Assembly (NCBI GenBank): GCA_964016885.1
Contig: OZ024740.1
Coordinates: 253,270,001 to 253,334,000 of the forward strand
Direction: 5' to 3'
DNA from: Eledone cirrhosa
Lineage: Eukaryota
DNA: 64,000 nucleotides
Under the pieces are notes generated by a model. That model saw only the letters and a program-made list of their open reading frames with translations, had not been told where the DNA came from and searched no databases. Positions 60,701 through 64,000 of the stretch are shown in pieces (position 1 is the first letter of the stretch; each line of letters opens with the position of its first letter). A program made the translations under genes and the position numbers.

Positions 60701-61600
60701 GCCATGATCTTCGGTGCGGAGCTCAGCCCGAAACCAAGCCTGGTCAGGCAATATGTTCGGCCCTTATACCTGACCAGCTGATACCGCCAGAGCTTCTCAT
60801 CTATATGCAACTGCATGTAAGCCGACTTTAGATCCACGATCGCTGAACCCCCCGTCATGCGTCTCCACTCACGCAGGGTTTCCCCACAGACATCCGTGAC
60901 CTCGCCACCCGTGTGGCATGACACGTGCTCGTTCAGCTCTCGATAGTCCAGCACCGGCCTCACCTTGCTCTTCGTGGGTTGCACCACCGCCATCAACAGC
61001 AATACTCCGCACTTCACCTCCTCCTTCCAGGGAAGCAGTATGCCCTCTTCGATCCATCTCTCTACTTCTCGCCCCTAGCGTTTCCCTTCAATGTGTGTTG
61101 ATAGCAGCCCACTTTGGTCTTCAGTGTTGGTGCTTCTCCCTTCCAGTACCACTCAACAACCCATCGCTGGCCATCAAACACGGCCTTGAAGTCCTTGTCC
61201 TGTACAGTGTAAGCGGGGTATTGCTCCTCGTGGGCCTTCTGGTTCTCATGACGTGCACTCACAGCGCATACCGATGCAGCGGTGCCAAACGACACACCGA
61301 CATTGTTCACTGTGATGCCCCCTAGACGGCCAATCGCGTCCATGCCCATAACCACGCCGATCCCATCCACCACACTGTCTACCACGATGGCGGAAAGCCT
61401 TATCGTCCTTCCCCGTACCGCTATTTCCATCTCGCTGCGACCTCGGCATTCAATTTTCCTGCCGTCGACTGCCCTTACGCTGCTCTTCCCTCCCCACCTC
61501 TGCGCCACCCCCGCGGTCACCTGTGTCGTCGTACAGCCCGTATCCACGAGGGCTCGCTGTGGCTTCCCCCTCACGAAGACCTCCACCACCGGCAGCGCCG

Positions 61601-61652
61601 CTACTCGTAAGGGGCAACTACCGGCGCAGTAGTTCCCCTTGGACCGTTTCCC
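61601..61652 (-). promoter_or_regulatory. Putative -1 ribosomal frameshift signal (gag-pol)
   Basis: G GGA AAC heptamer, 5-nt spacer, hairpin AAGGGGAACTAC/GTAGTT(G)CCCCTT, then the gag TAG; the same signal occurs at 53533-53576. Confidence 0.75.
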
Positions 61653-62421
61653 TGGTCGCAGTTAGTAGCGATGTGGCCTGGTCGCTTACACCGGTAGCAG
61701 ATTATATCCGGCTTCGACTCTCTACAGTCTCTAGCCATATGCGGCCCCTGACACCTAAAACAGCGGCCCTTAAATTCTCGCGAACGGCCGCGTGCCGAGG
61801 TTGCCTCCCTTTGACCATTTCGCTGTCAGGTGTCCTGAGCCTCCGTAGTCGCTATCGCCGCGACACTCTTTTTGGCATCTTCCGCTATGATCTGGGCTTG
61901 TTCCACCAGTGAACGCATTTCCATCTCCTTGTACCCCGGGACTTGCTGCAGTTTCACCGCTATGTCGTCCGGAAATCCATTGACGAATGCCAACCGCACC
62001 GTGCGTTCGCATTCTGCCTGGTAACCCGCCAACATAGCCAACCGCCTTATTTCCGCTGCGAAAATGTTGACGCGCTCACCATTCCACCTGATTCTCGCCA
62101 GCTTAGCAAAAGCCGCCAACGGTCCCTCGGCGAATGCATCCATCAGACGCCTCTCAATCTTCTGCACATCTCTTTGGCTGTGCTCGTCCAACTCAAGGAA
62201 GAGTACCAGTGCATCGCCCTCGAGGTACAATGCCATGAGGCCGGCCACGTCTTATATCTTCTGCAAGCCCGCGACCAGCCGAACCTTCCGCAGCCAAGCG
62301 ACAACATCAACTTCCCTGGTGAATGGCCTGATAGCTTCGTTCATCCGTAGTCTTGTCGCCATCTTCTGATTTGTTTTGCGGCAAGTGTTTTCTTTTTTTT
62401 TTTTTTTTTTTTTTTTCAGTC

Positions 62422-62433
62422 GCCGAAATAGCT
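62422..62433 (-). promoter_or_regulatory. Atypical primer-binding site complementary to tRNA-Phe nt 1-12
   Basis: The plus strand reads GCCGAAATAGCT immediately before the LTR TGTGG; copy 1 has GCTGAAATAGCT at 54385-54396. Confidence 0.7.
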
Positions 62434-62760
62434 TGTGGTTAGAAAAAGCTATCTCACTTACCGCTTTTCACAGGCGCCGCTAAATTCCGCAGCAGGTACT
62501 CCTCTTCCATGTGCGTCCGACTGCTTAAAACCGGGAGCTGCCCAAAACGCGTCCTCACCGTATGCTGGTCACCACTAGAGAGAGGCCCTCTCCTGGCCCT
62601 TCCGGTCGAGCATCCTTCCGGTCAAAGACCCCTTCCGGTCGAGCACTCCCCACCCCTCCCCCGGCCACCGCACGCCACACCATACCCACAATATTTTGAG
62701 TGGATAGACAATTCTACAATTCAAACTGTAAAGTTAAAATACAAAAGATGCAAAATATGA

Positions 62761-63222
62761 TGAATTTCTTACCTTTCTCTTGAATCACAAACTCAAGGAT
62801 AAAATAGTACCTTTCAAAATAAAGTTCCTTAATCACAAACTTAGTTGCAACGAAGAAATTGAGATGTTTGGTGACAGTGAGAAAAAAATAGCTTTTGTCA
62901 CACTGCGCATGTGTGCGCGTGTGCGTTTGTGTACCTTGTTTTTGGTACAGAAAGAATTTTGTCTCCAGTTTTTATTGCCGGGTCAAAGGCCACTGCTCTT
63001 TTCAACAACATCAAATAACAACGTCATATATATATATATATATAGTTTCCATATATATACACGCACACACATGCGCAGTGTGACAAAAAGCTATTTTTTG
63101 CTCACTGTCACCAAAAATCTCAATTTCTTCGTTGCAACTAAGTTTGTGATTGAGGAACTTTATTTTGAAAGGTACTATTTTTCCCTTGAGTTTGTGATTC
63201 AAGAGAAAGGTAAGAAATTCTT
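62761..63222. repeat. ~160-bp inverted repeat pair
   Basis: 62761-62921 is the reverse complement of ~63060-63222; the right arm is flanked by ATATAGTTTCCAT at 63040-63052 and 63236-63248. Confidence 0.85.
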
Positions 63223-63271
63223 CATATATATATAAATATAGTTTCCATTTATTTAATATCATTGTATATAT

Positions 63272-63515
63272 ATATATTGGTAAACGGAATAGAAAATGCT
63301 GACAAATTGTTCACAGTTGAAAACAGCACGGACACTCTATCTCAAAATTATTTTTGAAAAGCATTTAGAAATGCGCAACCGGTAAAAACTTAAAAACTTA
63401 AAACCACAACTGAATACTAACCCATACAATCACTAATACTCTTTTATTCCTAATTAAACCATTTTTCAACTGTGAACAATTTGTCAGCATTTTCTATTCC
63501 GTTTACCAATATATA
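63272..63515. mobile_element. MITE-like/fold-back element with ~50-bp terminal inverted repeats
   Basis: TATATTGGTAAACGGAATAGAAAATGCTGACAAATTGTTCACAGTTGAAAA and its reverse complement at 63463-63513. Confidence 0.75.
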
Positions 63516-63544
63516 ATAACTTGTGTGTTACACCTCTATTCTAT

Positions 63545-63548
<4 letters not shown>

Positions 63549-63628
<80 letters not shown>
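63549..63628. repeat. (TA)n microsatellite
   Basis: Direct reading. Confidence 0.95.
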
Positions 63629-63630
<2 letters not shown>

Positions 63631-63908
63631 AAAAAATACCTTAACGGTTCAAGTTTTTCCGTTAACGTATTTTTTCTTGGTTATGTCAATATTTATAAAA
63701 CAAACTTTGTATTGTATCTGATGAGAGCGTACCAAAGTTTTGGTACCCTTGAAATATATATAATACAATAAATATGGTTTTATAAATATAGATTACATTT
63801 ATTTAATATCATTGTATATTATACTTCAGAAAACTTGTCGAGTGCTCTGAATCAGTTATAAACATTTATATTTGTTGAATTACCAACAAATTGAATATCC
63901 CTTTTGCT

Positions 63909-63980
<72 letters not shown>

Positions 63981-63988
63981 GACAGAGA
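63909..63988. repeat. (TA)n(GA)n compound microsatellite
   Basis: Direct reading. Confidence 0.95.
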
Positions 63989-64000
63989 GTAAGAAATGTG

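Larger units (their letters stand above)
58514..62690 (-). mobile_element. Complete compact LTR retrotransposon, copy 2
   Basis: LTRs at 58514-58771 and 62434-62690; 5-bp TSD ATATT; gag ATG 62362 with two zinc knuckles; PR VDTG; RT YIDD; RH HINVAEL; integrase at 58866-59582. Confidence 0.95.

Noticed and set aside
62422-62433. Ordinary PBS to the tRNA-Phe 3' end
   Set aside because: That would read TGGTGCCGAAACC on the element sense strand; the observed sense sequence AGCTATTTCGGC pairs only with the tRNA 5' end.

Overview
This is repeat-saturated animal DNA; the SINE and LINE repertoire suggests a cephalopod such as octopus (inference). The only host gene found is the 3' part of a folylpolyglutamate synthase (FPGS)-like gene: five exons on the minus strand, 49413-57752. 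The rest is mostly nested transposable elements: two R4/Dong-type RLE LINEs (one carrying a CRE-type insert), two Tx1/L1-type LINEs, an RTE LINE, a Gypsy remnant interrupted by a non-autonomous LTR element, several Penelope-like elements with hammerhead-like pLTR modules and 5' inversions, a Helitron remnant, mariner pieces and tRNA-derived SINEs. Two complete ~4.1 kb LTR retrotransposons sit in FPGS introns. The top observation is that these two LTR elements lack a normal TGG... primer-binding site. The 12 nt next to the 5' LTR (AGCTATTTCGGC) are instead the complement of nucleotides 1-12 of eukaryotic tRNA-Phe, suggesting priming by a short 5' tRNA fragment. Also notable are a circularly permuted, fold-back element carrying a tRNA-like unit (46154-46686) and a hairpin plus GTAAGT module conserved just before ORF2 in both L1/Tx1 copies. 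All calls were made by eye, without alignment tools.
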